From assembly GCA_964418385.1 (NCBI GenBank), contig CAYQLH010000003.1, positions 4,164 through 44,287 of the forward strand: a stretch of 40,124 bases of DNA, given 5' to 3'. This DNA comes from an uncultured Pseudomonadales bacterium. Its GTDB lineage: Bacteria; Patescibacteriota; Microgenomatia; UBA1400; PJMF01. The position numbers and the translations under genes are program-made. A model generated the notes under the pieces. That model was not told where the DNA came from. It did not search any database and saw only the letters and a program-made list of their open reading frames with translations. Each line of letters starts with the position of its first letter. Within the stretch, counting starts at the first letter, position 1. Below, piece after piece: positions 16,197-24,362 of this stretch.

Positions 16197-16333
16197 TTAC
16201 CGCAGAAAATGCGTTAATAAGTATTATTAGAGGTCATTATTGCCGCAGAATTGGCGCAGAGTGAAAATCTTATAGGATATTTCCGCGTAATTACCGCAGC
16301 GGTGACACCTGCAATGCGGTTATTCTGCGTTAA
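16197..16333. repeat. Cluster of TTACCGCA-like motifs (reverse complement of TGCGGTAA) plus TATAGG
   Basis: TTACCGCA at 16197 and 16291; TTGCCGCA at 16240; TTGGCGCA at 16251; TGCGGTTA at 16315; TGCGTTAA at 16210 and 16326; TATAGG at 16271. Confidence 0.6.
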
Positions 16334-17279
16334 TAGTGTCAAGGCTATCGAGGTAAATAGTGGGCAGGGATTCTTGATCTTCTTCTGGAGGAATGTATTC
16401 GGGGATGACATTGCCGTCGGCGTCCACCAAGGTGGTTTCGGGTGTCTTGTTGGTGGCGAGCGTGAGTCCGGCATCTTGGAGAGCAAAAATGTTGATTTTG
16501 TTTTGTTGAGTGTCGATTTGATCAGAGTAAATTTGGTAAGCACTGGGTTTAATCTCATTTAAAGCCGCTAGCGTGCTTAAACCGTCTTCCCCGAGTGGAT
16601 GTAAGTTGGTGTCGACGTCGACGCCGATGCGTGGGAGATGATATTGTGCCAAAACGACGACTTCGGCGGCAGCAGTGTCTGAGCGGTTATCAATATTAAT
16701 GGAAGCACTACTGACGCTGTTGAAGGGTGCTTGCCACTCGATTTCGTTTAAAAAGGCACAAATGTCGGCGTAAGTGCCGCTTAAATTGAAGGTGATGGGG
16801 TAGTTTTCATTGCTGTCTGGTACCAAACTCGCGGAAGGCGTGGCCACGTAGCCTGGCGAATACTCGAGACCAGAAACGTTGAGGTGATGCTTGGCGGCAA
16901 GATCGATGATAGTCATGTAAACTTCTACGTAGGGATTGGCGTTGTAAAGCACGTTGTCGATCATGCTGATATTGTCATGATAGTTTTTGTCGGCCAAGAT
17001 TGTTTCGATGTTGTTTAGTTTTTCTTGATAATCGTCGCGTTCGTTGATGACACGCTGGAGACGGCGGTAATTGCTGGTGGCACTGGTGATTTTGGGGACG
17101 ATAAAGTAATAAACCAGAATGTAATAAGCGACAAAAGCGATAATGGAGACCACCAAAAAGGTTTGCGTGGGTAAATTTCTAGCGTCTAAACCTGATGCTT
17201 CCAGATCAAGCTTAAACTTGTCGCTGGTTTTGCTTTTGTCTTTGGTTTCGGTGGTGTTTTTTTCTGGATTGACTGGCAT
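16320..17279 (-). CDS. pilO: Type IV pilus assembly protein PilO-like
   Basis: Single TM helix, coiled coil, YPITFNLSGTYADICAFLNEIE ferredoxin-like motif; third gene of pilM-N-O. Confidence 0.75.
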   Translation of the reverse strand: MPVNPEKNTTETKDKSKTSDKFKLDLEASGLDARNLPTQTFLVVSIIAFVAYYILVYYFIVPKITSATSNYRRLQRVINERDDYQEKLNNIETILADKNYHDNISMIDNVLYNANPYVEVYMTIIDLAAKHHLNVSGLEYSPGYVATPSASLVPDSNENYPITFNLSGTYADICAFLNEIEWQAPFNSVSSASINIDNRSDTAAAEVVVLAQYHLPRIGVDVDTNLHPLGEDGLSTLAALNEIKPSAYQIYSDQIDTQQNKINIFALQDAGLTLATNKTPETTLVDADGNVIPEYIPPEEDQESLPTIYLDSLDTINAE

Positions 17280-17283
17280 ATTT

Positions 17284-17913
17284 TTAAATATAGCTACTTT
17301 CTATATCGATATTGAGATCGTCTGAAGCGGCAACGGTTGTATTTTCGTCTGGCGAAGATACGTTTTCGTCGAGGTCGACAATAATGCTAAACTGATAGTT
17401 GCCGTTGCTAGAACGGTTGAGATTGGCAATGGTGCTATTGGGATAAGCATTGCGGAACTCGTCGGCTTGCAAGAGCTGGATGACGTCAGCGACGCTAAAA
17501 ACGCTGTCGGCTTTGACGACAAAAGAAAGCTGGCGCTCGTAATAATCATATTCGCTGCGAATTAACGTGAGACCAGGAGTCGTCACGAAATAATCATAAG
17601 TGTTTTTGATGGCGGCGACGCCACCTTCGCGGGCGGCAAGAAGTTCGTGAAGGCGTTCGAGCTTTTCGTAGAAAATCAGGTATTGGATTTCTTCTTGTTC
17701 TTTTTGGGTAATAGTTTCTTTCAGGCGCGTAGTTTCTCTGGTGGCAGCACTGATTTTGCTTTTAAAACGGAAATTAACAAACCAAGCGAGAGCGTAAATG
17801 CCCAAAGTGGCAATGCCCAAAGCGAACATAGCATAGGTAGCTTTCAAGTCCACTTTAGTGCGGGCTTGGTGAATTTCTTGCTGTTTGGCGAGAAAGTTAA
17901 TTTCTTGTGGCAT
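17284..17913 (-). CDS. pilN: Type IV pilus assembly protein PilN-like
   Basis: N-terminal EINFL (INLLP-like PilM-binding motif), TM helix, coiled coil. Confidence 0.75.
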   Translation of the reverse strand: MPQEINFLAKQQEIHQARTKVDLKATYAMFALGIATLGIYALAWFVNFRFKSKISAATRETTRLKETITQKEQEEIQYLIFYEKLERLHELLAAREGGVAAIKNTYDYFVTTPGLTLIRSEYDYYERQLSFVVKADSVFSVADVIQLLQADEFRNAYPNSTIANLNRSSNGNYQFSIIVDLDENVSSPDENTTVAASDDLNIDIESSYI

Positions 17914-17916
17914 GGT

Positions 17917-18984
17917 TTATCGCTTTCTTTTGGTGAGACCGCTGGCTACTGCGTAGATTAAATGATTATTTTCTGGAATACTGCCAACAGTGTTGTCAAA
18001 AACACCCAGTGGTAAAACTTCGAGATTAAGATTGGCAGCGAGGAGCTCGGGAAAACCGGGCATCATGGCACCGCCGCCGCAAACAAAAAGGCGAGAAATT
18101 GATTGAGTGGGATTTTGGTTGTTAAAAAATGTGAGTGTGTTTTTGATATCGCCCAGAATGGTTTGCATGAGGGGGACGATGGCTTGAGCGATTTTGCCTT
18201 CGGCGTGGCGAGCGTCGACGCCGTAGTACCACTTGTACTCTTCAGCTTTATCCATGGGGAGATTAAAAGTGTTCATAAGAGCACGGGTAATCATGAGACT
18301 GCCGGTTTGGTGCGAGAGAGCCATAGCGATTTCGGTGCCTTTGGTGAGACAGAGATCGAAACCAGAAGCGCCGAAATTCATAATCATGCTGGCGCTATCA
18401 CCACGGAGATCGGCGGGCAGATGGCGCATGACGGAAAGGCTTTCGGTTTCCAAAACCGTTGGTTCCAAGCCAGCCTGTTTATAGGCGGCCAGTAAGTTGT
18501 TGAGATTTTCTTGGTTGATACCGATCAGCAAAACGCGCATTTCCTGGGTGGCGGAGTCTTTTTTGTCGGGGCGGTAAAGCACTTGATAATTAAGCACTAG
18601 TTCTTCTTTGGGAATGGGGATGTATTGCTGCGCCTGCCAGTTAATGGACGAAGCGAGTTCCGAATCAGTGAGCGTGGGGATGGAAATTACTTGCGTAGAA
18701 ACGATTTTTTCTGGGAGTGCGAGCGAGAGATTGGTTTTGGGTAAATGATTTTCTTCAAAAATGCCTTTTAAGAAATTGGCAGTGCCGTCGATTTGCGTGG
18801 TTTTTGTGGGTACAGAGTAACCTAAGGTATTCGGGACGGTAAGTGTTTGGAGAATTTCGCCTTGTTTGCCTATTTGGACGATTTTAACGAAACTGCTTCC
18901 GAGGTCTACAGCAACGGTTTCCTGATTTTTTTTACTCGATAAACTGGGAAGATTAATTTTGGGTAAATTGGGTAAATTTAACAT
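17917..18984 (-). CDS. pilM: Type IV pilus assembly protein PilM
   Basis: VAVDLGSSFVKIVQ, QAQQYIPIP, AGLEPTVLETE, CGGGAMMPG, YAVASGL (actin-like fold). Confidence 0.9.
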   Translation of the reverse strand: MLNLPNLPKINLPSLSSKKNQETVAVDLGSSFVKIVQIGKQGEILQTLTVPNTLGYSVPTKTTQIDGTANFLKGIFEENHLPKTNLSLALPEKIVSTQVISIPTLTDSELASSINWQAQQYIPIPKEELVLNYQVLYRPDKKDSATQEMRVLLIGINQENLNNLLAAYKQAGLEPTVLETESLSVMRHLPADLRGDSASMIMNFGASGFDLCLTKGTEIAMALSHQTGSLMITRALMNTFNLPMDKAEEYKWYYGVDARHAEGKIAQAIVPLMQTILGDIKNTLTFFNNQNPTQSISRLFVCGGGAMMPGFPELLAANLNLEVLPLGVFDNTVGSIPENNHLIYAVASGLTKRKR

Positions 18985-19066
18985 AAGTTTTGTTTAACTA
19001 AACACAATTCTCACCTTTTCGGGAAGTTTGAGCCGGTGACGTTTTAATTGCGAAGTTAAATCCTTT

Positions 19067-19870
19067 CTAATTATTGCCTTTAATTTGACCGTTGACGAGG
19101 ACGCTAAATTGGAACATCCCGGGAGTGGTTGATTCGGTTTCGAGCTGCTCGACCACGCGGGCTTCATTGCCTTGAGCGCCGGAGTTGAATTGATCGCCGT
19201 CACCATGTCCTTGGGCATAGGAAGCGGCGCGGTAATGTTTGGCGAGGCCCTTCGCGCCAATATACGAGTCTTCAGCTAAAACCATAATGGTGATGGTGTC
19301 CTTACCGGGATTGAGTGCCCAATCGAGACCACTGAGATCCTCGGCGGTGACGAAACATCTGAAGCCGTTTTGGCAATAGTCTTTGCCGCTTTCATCAGAT
19401 CTGCACGTGCTACAATCCTTGATTAATTTTTGTACCGACTGAGTAGTTTCGTCACTTCCTTCTTGAAAGATTCTCCGGATGAGAAGTTTGGGATTTTTGT
19501 CTTTGTCAGCGTTACCGTAACCATAATATATTGTTGGAACCGATGTACTGTTTGGTTTAAAAGCAATCGCTTCGCCGACTTTGACATAAATCATATCAAA
19601 GTCGGTGCCGGCCACCTTTTTGACTGCGGCGCCAGCACCACCAGCAGTAGCGCCAACATCTTGCCTTGTTTCATCTTTATCGTAACCACTCAAAGATACC
19701 ATTTGCTCGGCGACGATTTGGGCTTGGGTAGACTCGCTGCGAGCCGCCTCTTGTTGCGTGGCACGAACAATCCGCCAGCTGACAGAAACGCCGATGTACA
19801 GCAAAATGATAGACAAAATGACAGTAGTGATGCCAATTTGCGCCTCTTGCCGACGACTGCTTGTTTGCAT
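19067..19870 (-). CDS. PilX-like minor pilin / pilus assembly protein
   Basis: True start is ATG 19870, just after a promoter. MQTSSRRQEAQIGITTVILSIILLYIGVSVSWR...ESTQAQIVAE resembles the PilX N-terminal helix (hydrophobic helix, then A..AE). Upstream of pilM. Confidence 0.65.
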   Translation of the reverse strand: MQTSSRRQEAQIGITTVILSIILLYIGVSVSWRIVRATQQEAARSESTQAQIVAEQMVSLSGYDKDETRQDVGATAGGAGAAVKKVAGTDFDMIYVKVGEAIAFKPNSTSVPTIYYGYGNADKDKNPKLLIRRIFQEGSDETTQSVQKLIKDCSTCRSDESGKDYCQNGFRCFVTAEDLSGLDWALNPGKDTITIMVLAEDSYIGAKGLAKHYRAASYAQGHGDGDQFNSGAQGNEARVVEQLETESTTPGMFQFSVLVNGQIKGNN

Positions 19871-19876
19871 ATCATT

Positions 19877-19905
19877 ATTGTAACGAAAAAGGGGTAGTTT
19901 GTCAA
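19877..19905 (-). promoter_or_regulatory. Promoter of the pilX-pilMNO region
   Basis: TTGACA-17 nt-TACAAT, 6 nt before ATG 19870. Confidence 0.8.
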
Positions 19906-19957
19906 ACGCGAACAGGCGGAACGAGCAGAAATTGGTGCGCTCAAAAGCCTCTGGGTG

Positions 19958-19966
19958 TGGTATAAT
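19958..19966 (+). promoter_or_regulatory. Extended -10 promoter of greA
   Basis: TGGTATAAT 9 nt before ATG 19976; divergent from the pil promoter. Confidence 0.7.
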
Positions 19967-19975
19967 ATGCGTCAT

Positions 19976-20464
19976 ATGAAAGCAAAACAAACGAAAAAAA
20001 CGAAATTGTCGCAAAAAAGCTATGAAAACCTCCAAGCGGAGCTGAAAGACCTTGAGGAAAATCAACTGCCGGCGGTGGTGGAACGAATTGCCCACGCTCG
20101 CGAACAGGGGGATCTTTCGGAGAATAGCGAATACAAAGACGCCAAGGATCAGCAAGAATTCTTGGAAGTACGCATTGGCGAGATTAATCAGATTTTGGCG
20201 CAAGCAGAAGTGGTGGCTGATGACGATGCCGCCATGGATGAAGTCAGAATTGGTTCGCAAGTGACACTTAAGCGCCCTGATGGTCAGAAGGTGACTTATC
20301 GAATGATCGCTGAGTACGATAAAGCAGCGGTGGACGAGGACACAGTTTCGGCAGTGTCGCCGATCGGCAAAGCGCTGATGGGTCAACAAAAAGGTGCCAA
20401 AATCAGCGTGGAAACGCCAGCTGGCGTGCGGGAGTACGAGTTGGTGAAGTTGATCAACCAATAA
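19976..20464 (+). CDS. greA: Transcription elongation factor GreA
   Basis: AREQGDLSENSEY, SAVSPIGKALMG, VETPAG. Confidence 0.95.
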   Translation: MKAKQTKKTKLSQKSYENLQAELKDLEENQLPAVVERIAHAREQGDLSENSEYKDAKDQQEFLEVRIGEINQILAQAEVVADDDAAMDEVRIGSQVTLKRPDGQKVTYRMIAEYDKAAVDEDTVSAVSPIGKALMGQQKGAKISVETPAGVREYELVKLINQ

Positions 20465-20467
20465 AAA

Positions 20468-20518
20468 ACCGAAAATCACTAAAAAATACCGAAAATAACC
20501 AGTAAATAATACGAAAAT
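20468..20518. repeat. Short degenerate tandem repeat (A)C(C)GAAAAT x3
   Basis: ACCGAAAAT at 20468 and 20488, ACGAAAAT at 20511, in the A-rich greA-lysS spacer. Confidence 0.5.
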
Positions 20519-20540
20519 TAATGAGCGAGGAGTGCGCGTA

Positions 20541-22025
20541 ATGTCGAGGATTGAGCAAACAATTGCCGCTAAGAAGTCGAAGCGGCGTGAATTGGAAAAT
20601 TTGGGAGTTAATGTTAGTCCGTACAGTTTTGATAAAAAACAAACGGTAGCTGCGTGCTTGGAGGAGCTAGACAGTGGTCGTGAAGTGGTGACGGCGGGGC
20701 GTGTGATGGCAGTGCGGGCTCACGGTAAGGTGATTTTTTTTGATCTGGTGGATGAAACGGGACGGATCCAAGTGATGTGTCACGCGGGTAAACTGGGCGC
20801 CGAAACTTTCCAAGTTTTGACTTTGGTGGACGCTGGTGATTTTTTGGGTATTACTGGCATGGTGGAAAAAACGCGCACTGGTGAGGTGACGATTATTGCT
20901 CAGACAGCGGAATTTTTGGGTAAGGCTTTGCGTCCCCTACCCTCGAGTTTTAATACTGCCTCAGAGAAAGAAGCGCGTTTTCGCAAGCGCTACTTGGACA
21001 TGCTGCTCAATCCGCAAGCGAGCGAGGTTCTGCGCAAGAGGTGGCAAATTTTGCGTGAGTTGCGTCGTTTTTTGCAAGATGAGCTGGGTTACACTGAAGT
21101 GGAAACGCCGGTGCTGCAGCCGCTTTATGGCGGTACGAATGCCAGGCCCTTTGTGACATACATGAAAGCTTTGGATGACGAACAAATGTATTTGCGGATT
21201 GCGCCGGAACTTTATTTGAAGCGTTTAATCGTGGGCGGGATGGAAAAAATATTTGAAATAGCGCGCAATTTCCGTAATGAAGGCATTGATCAAAGTCACC
21301 TGCCAGAGTTTACAATGATCGAGTGGTACCACGCATACGCTGATTATCACGTGATGATGGATGAAGTGGAGCGGCTGTTGCGTTATTTGCAGCGTCAGAT
21401 TAACGGTAGTGAAACGCTGATGATTGGTGAGCAAGAGGTAGAACTTGATGGTAAAAAGCCGTGGCCCAAGATGACGATGGTGCAAGCTTTGCATGATTAT
21501 ATTGGCTTGGATGTGGAAGCGATGACCAATGACCAGTTGCAAGAATGGTTGGACGATAATAACTTGCAGCCAGCCGGTGGTTTTTCGCGTGGCAAGGCGA
21601 TTTTTTCGCTGTTTGATCACTTAGTTACCAAGCTTTTGATTGCGCCCACTTGGATTATCGACTATCCCAAGGATGTGTCACCATTGGCAAAAACGCATCG
21701 CGACAATCCAGATTTGACGGAGCGATATGAGCTGTATATTGGTGGCAAGGAAATTTCTGATGGCTGGAGCGAGATCACGGATCCACTAGAGCAGCGACAT
21801 CGTTTTGAAGTGGAGCAAAAGCACATGCGGGCTGGCGATGACGAGGCACAACCATATGATGAAGATTTCTTGGAGGCGATGGAATACGGCATGCCGCCTT
21901 TGGGTGGCGTGGGTTTGGGCATTGATCGCCTGGTGATGCTCTTGACCAATAACTGGTCGATAAAAGAAGTGATTGCCTTCCCTACCCTGAAAAGTATAAA
22001 GACGAAAGATCAAGATGCTGAGTAG
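20541..22025 (+). CDS. lysS: Lysine-tRNA ligase (class II)
   Basis: OB-fold N-terminus, YLRIAPELYLKRL, FRNEGID, EFTMIEWY, YGMPPLGGVGLGIDRL. SD GAGGAG at 20527 supports ATG 20541. Confidence 0.97.
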   Translation: MSRIEQTIAAKKSKRRELENLGVNVSPYSFDKKQTVAACLEELDSGREVVTAGRVMAVRAHGKVIFFDLVDETGRIQVMCHAGKLGAETFQVLTLVDAGDFLGITGMVEKTRTGEVTIIAQTAEFLGKALRPLPSSFNTASEKEARFRKRYLDMLLNPQASEVLRKRWQILRELRRFLQDELGYTEVETPVLQPLYGGTNARPFVTYMKALDDEQMYLRIAPELYLKRLIVGGMEKIFEIARNFRNEGIDQSHLPEFTMIEWYHAYADYHVMMDEVERLLRYLQRQINGSETLMIGEQEVELDGKKPWPKMTMVQALHDYIGLDVEAMTNDQLQEWLDDNNLQPAGGFSRGKAIFSLFDHLVTKLLIAPTWIIDYPKDVSPLAKTHRDNPDLTERYELYIGGKEISDGWSEITDPLEQRHRFEVEQKHMRAGDDEAQPYDEDFLEAMEYGMPPLGGVGLGIDRLVMLLTNNWSIKEVIAFPTLKSIKTKDQDAE

Positions 22026-23313
22026 TGAGTTTATTCGCGAAAATCCAGAGAAAGTGCGCCAAGCGGCGCGCGACAAACAGTTGGATCCAAAAGTGGTGGA
22101 CCGTTGGTTGGAGTTGGATGCCAAAAGACGAGAAACGTTGACACAAGTGGAGAAAAAGCGCGCTTTGGTCAATAAAAATGCCCAAGAGATCAAAATGCAA
22201 GTTGCCAAGGGCGGCAAGCCGGAAGCGGCGTTGGTGATTCGTGGGAAAGCGATTAAAAGCGAGCTCAAGCAGCTTGAGCAAACCTTGAAAACAGTGGAAG
22301 CGGAATTTGCGGAGGCGTGTTTATGGATTCCCAATGTACCCGCCGATGACGTGCCAGTGGGACCGGATGAAAGCGGCAATCAAGTGATTAAAAAAGTTGG
22401 TTCATCGCGAAAATTTGATTTTAAAGTTCGTTCGCATGCAGAAGTCATGGAAGATTTGGACTGGTTGGATACCAAGCGAGCCGTGAAGATTGGCGGTTTT
22501 CGCACTTACATGCTGCGTGGTGAGGCGGTGCTTTTGGAACAAGCGATTTTGAATTATGCCTTAAAAAAGTTGGTGGATGAGGGTTTTACGCCGATGAGTG
22601 CGCCCTCTTTGGTCAAGCACGAAGCGATGGTGGGCACGGGCTATTTGCCTTGGGGTGAGCAAGATCACTATTACACTCAAGACGAGCAAATTTTGGCAGG
22701 AACGGCGGAAGTGGCATTGACGAGTTTTTATCAGGGAGAGGTGCTGCGCTTGAAAGATTTACCTGTCAAAATGGCAGGAATTTCGCCTTGTTTCCGGCGC
22801 GAAGTGGGTACGCATGGCAAGGATACACAAGGAATTGTGCGGGTGCACCAGTTTAATAAGGTGGAACAGGTGGTTTATACGATTGCTGACGAGCAAGAAA
22901 CACGCCGCTGGCACGAAAAAATGCTTGGTTTTGCCGAGAGCTTACTCCAAGATTTGGGTCTCCCCTATCAGGTGCTTTTGATGTGTACGGGCGATATTGG
23001 GGCGGGTCAGCGCAAAAAATACGATATTGAAAGCTGGTTTCCGGCGCAAAATAAGTATCGCGAGACGCATTCAGCAAGTTATTTTAATGATTTTCAATCG
23101 CGCCGGCTCAATATCAAGTATCAAGACAGCGACGGCAAGACGCGTTTTGTGTACACACTCAATAACACGATGGCGGCGTCGCCGCGGCTTTTGGCGTGCG
23201 TGGTGGAGAATTATCAGCAAAAAGATGGCAGTGTGGTCATTCCTGAGGTTTTACGGTCGTATATGGGCGGAATTGAACGCGTGAGCCCCAAAAAAGCGCA
23301 AAATAAAGGGTAA
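22015..23313 (+). CDS. serS: Serine-tRNA ligase
   Basis: N-terminal coiled coil, IPNVP, GTAEV, CFRREVG, RVHQFNKVEQ, KYDIESW, TLNNT. Confidence 0.97.
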   Translation: MLSSEFIRENPEKVRQAARDKQLDPKVVDRWLELDAKRRETLTQVEKKRALVNKNAQEIKMQVAKGGKPEAALVIRGKAIKSELKQLEQTLKTVEAEFAEACLWIPNVPADDVPVGPDESGNQVIKKVGSSRKFDFKVRSHAEVMEDLDWLDTKRAVKIGGFRTYMLRGEAVLLEQAILNYALKKLVDEGFTPMSAPSLVKHEAMVGTGYLPWGEQDHYYTQDEQILAGTAEVALTSFYQGEVLRLKDLPVKMAGISPCFRREVGTHGKDTQGIVRVHQFNKVEQVVYTIADEQETRRWHEKMLGFAESLLQDLGLPYQVLLMCTGDIGAGQRKKYDIESWFPAQNKYRETHSASYFNDFQSRRLNIKYQDSDGKTRFVYTLNNTMAASPRLLACVVENYQQKDGSVVIPEVLRSYMGGIERVSPKKAQNKG

Positions 23314-23322
23314 ATTGTCAAT

Positions 23323-24240
23323 ATGGATAAAATCGCCATTATTATTGTTCACTACAATACTGACGATGATACGCGGGAGACGTTGGCTTCATTGGCGAAG
23401 TTACGTGCGGAAAACTTGGAAGTGCGAATTTTTGTGGTGGATAATGCCTCGCGAGAGCCTTTGGTCTTGAATCAATCTGATCGGATGTACAAAGATGTGC
23501 GTTTGATTCGTTCGGATGCTAATTTGGGTTTTAGCGGGGGTAATAATTTGGGTTTTGAGACCGCCAGCCGCGAATTTGAACCAGATTATTTTTTGCTTTT
23601 AAACTCAGATACGTTGGTAGACCCAGATTTTTTGGGGAATTTGTACAAGAGTTTAAGTGTACATCCACGCTGGGGGGCGGTGTCGCCGAAAATCTATTTT
23701 GCGCCTGGTTGTGAGTTTCACCAAGATGCATACAAGAGTCGGCAACGTGGGCAAGTCATCTGGTTTGCCGGTGGCAGCATTGATTGGGATAATCTGCTGA
23801 CAGTGCATTGTGGGGTGGATGAACTGGATCGTGGGCAATTCTCCCAGGCAAGGACGCTTGATTTTGCGAGTGGCTGCTGTCTTTTAATCAGACGCGAAGT
23901 TTTGGCAAGTGCAGGCGTGTTTGATGATCGGTACTTTTTGTATTATGAGGATACTGATCTGTGCGAGCGGATTAAAAATCAAGGATTTCAGATAGGGTTT
24001 GAGCCACAGGCTGTAATCTGGCATAAAAATGGTGGCTCGACGGCTGGTTCTGGTAGTGATTTGCAAACTTTTTATCAGACACGTAACCGCTTGCTCTTTT
24101 TTGCGTCTTATGGTGATTTATGGGTCAAGCAGCGAGTGTGGCGTTTTGCCTGGAGGCTGTGGTGTCATGGGTCACGGGTGGAAAAATTGGCAGTGCGGGC
24201 ATTCTGGCAGCGGCATTTTGGCAAACAAGTAGCGATATAA
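23323..24240 (+). CDS. GT2 family glycosyltransferase (rhamnosyltransferase-like)
   Basis: IIIVHYN, VVDNAS, NLGFSGGNN, LLLNSD, SGCCLLI, FLYYEDTD. Confidence 0.9.
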   Translation: MDKIAIIIVHYNTDDDTRETLASLAKLRAENLEVRIFVVDNASREPLVLNQSDRMYKDVRLIRSDANLGFSGGNNLGFETASREFEPDYFLLLNSDTLVDPDFLGNLYKSLSVHPRWGAVSPKIYFAPGCEFHQDAYKSRQRGQVIWFAGGSIDWDNLLTVHCGVDELDRGQFSQARTLDFASGCCLLIRREVLASAGVFDDRYFLYYEDTDLCERIKNQGFQIGFEPQAVIWHKNGGSTAGSGSDLQTFYQTRNRLLFFASYGDLWVKQRVWRFAWRLWCHGSRVEKLAVRAFWQRHFGKQVAI

Positions 24241-24326
24241 CAAGTTTCTTTTGGAACGTTTGGCGGTGTTAAATGAGGACAATTGCAGCTTGTACCAGAT
24301 TGAACTGTAGTATTTATTATTGGGTC

Positions 24327-24355
24327 TTGACAAATTGATCAAAGTGTGATATAAT
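24327..24355 (+). promoter_or_regulatory. Consensus sigma70 promoter of the PBP gene
   Basis: TTGACA-17 nt-TATAAT with an extended TG; ATG 7 nt downstream. Confidence 0.85.
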
Positions 24356-24362
24356 ATATCTT

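Noticed and set aside
19871-20479. N-terminal ~200 aa of the 470-aa minus-strand ORF 19067..20479
   Set aside because: Antisense to greA and reads through a clear promoter; the real gene starts at 19870.
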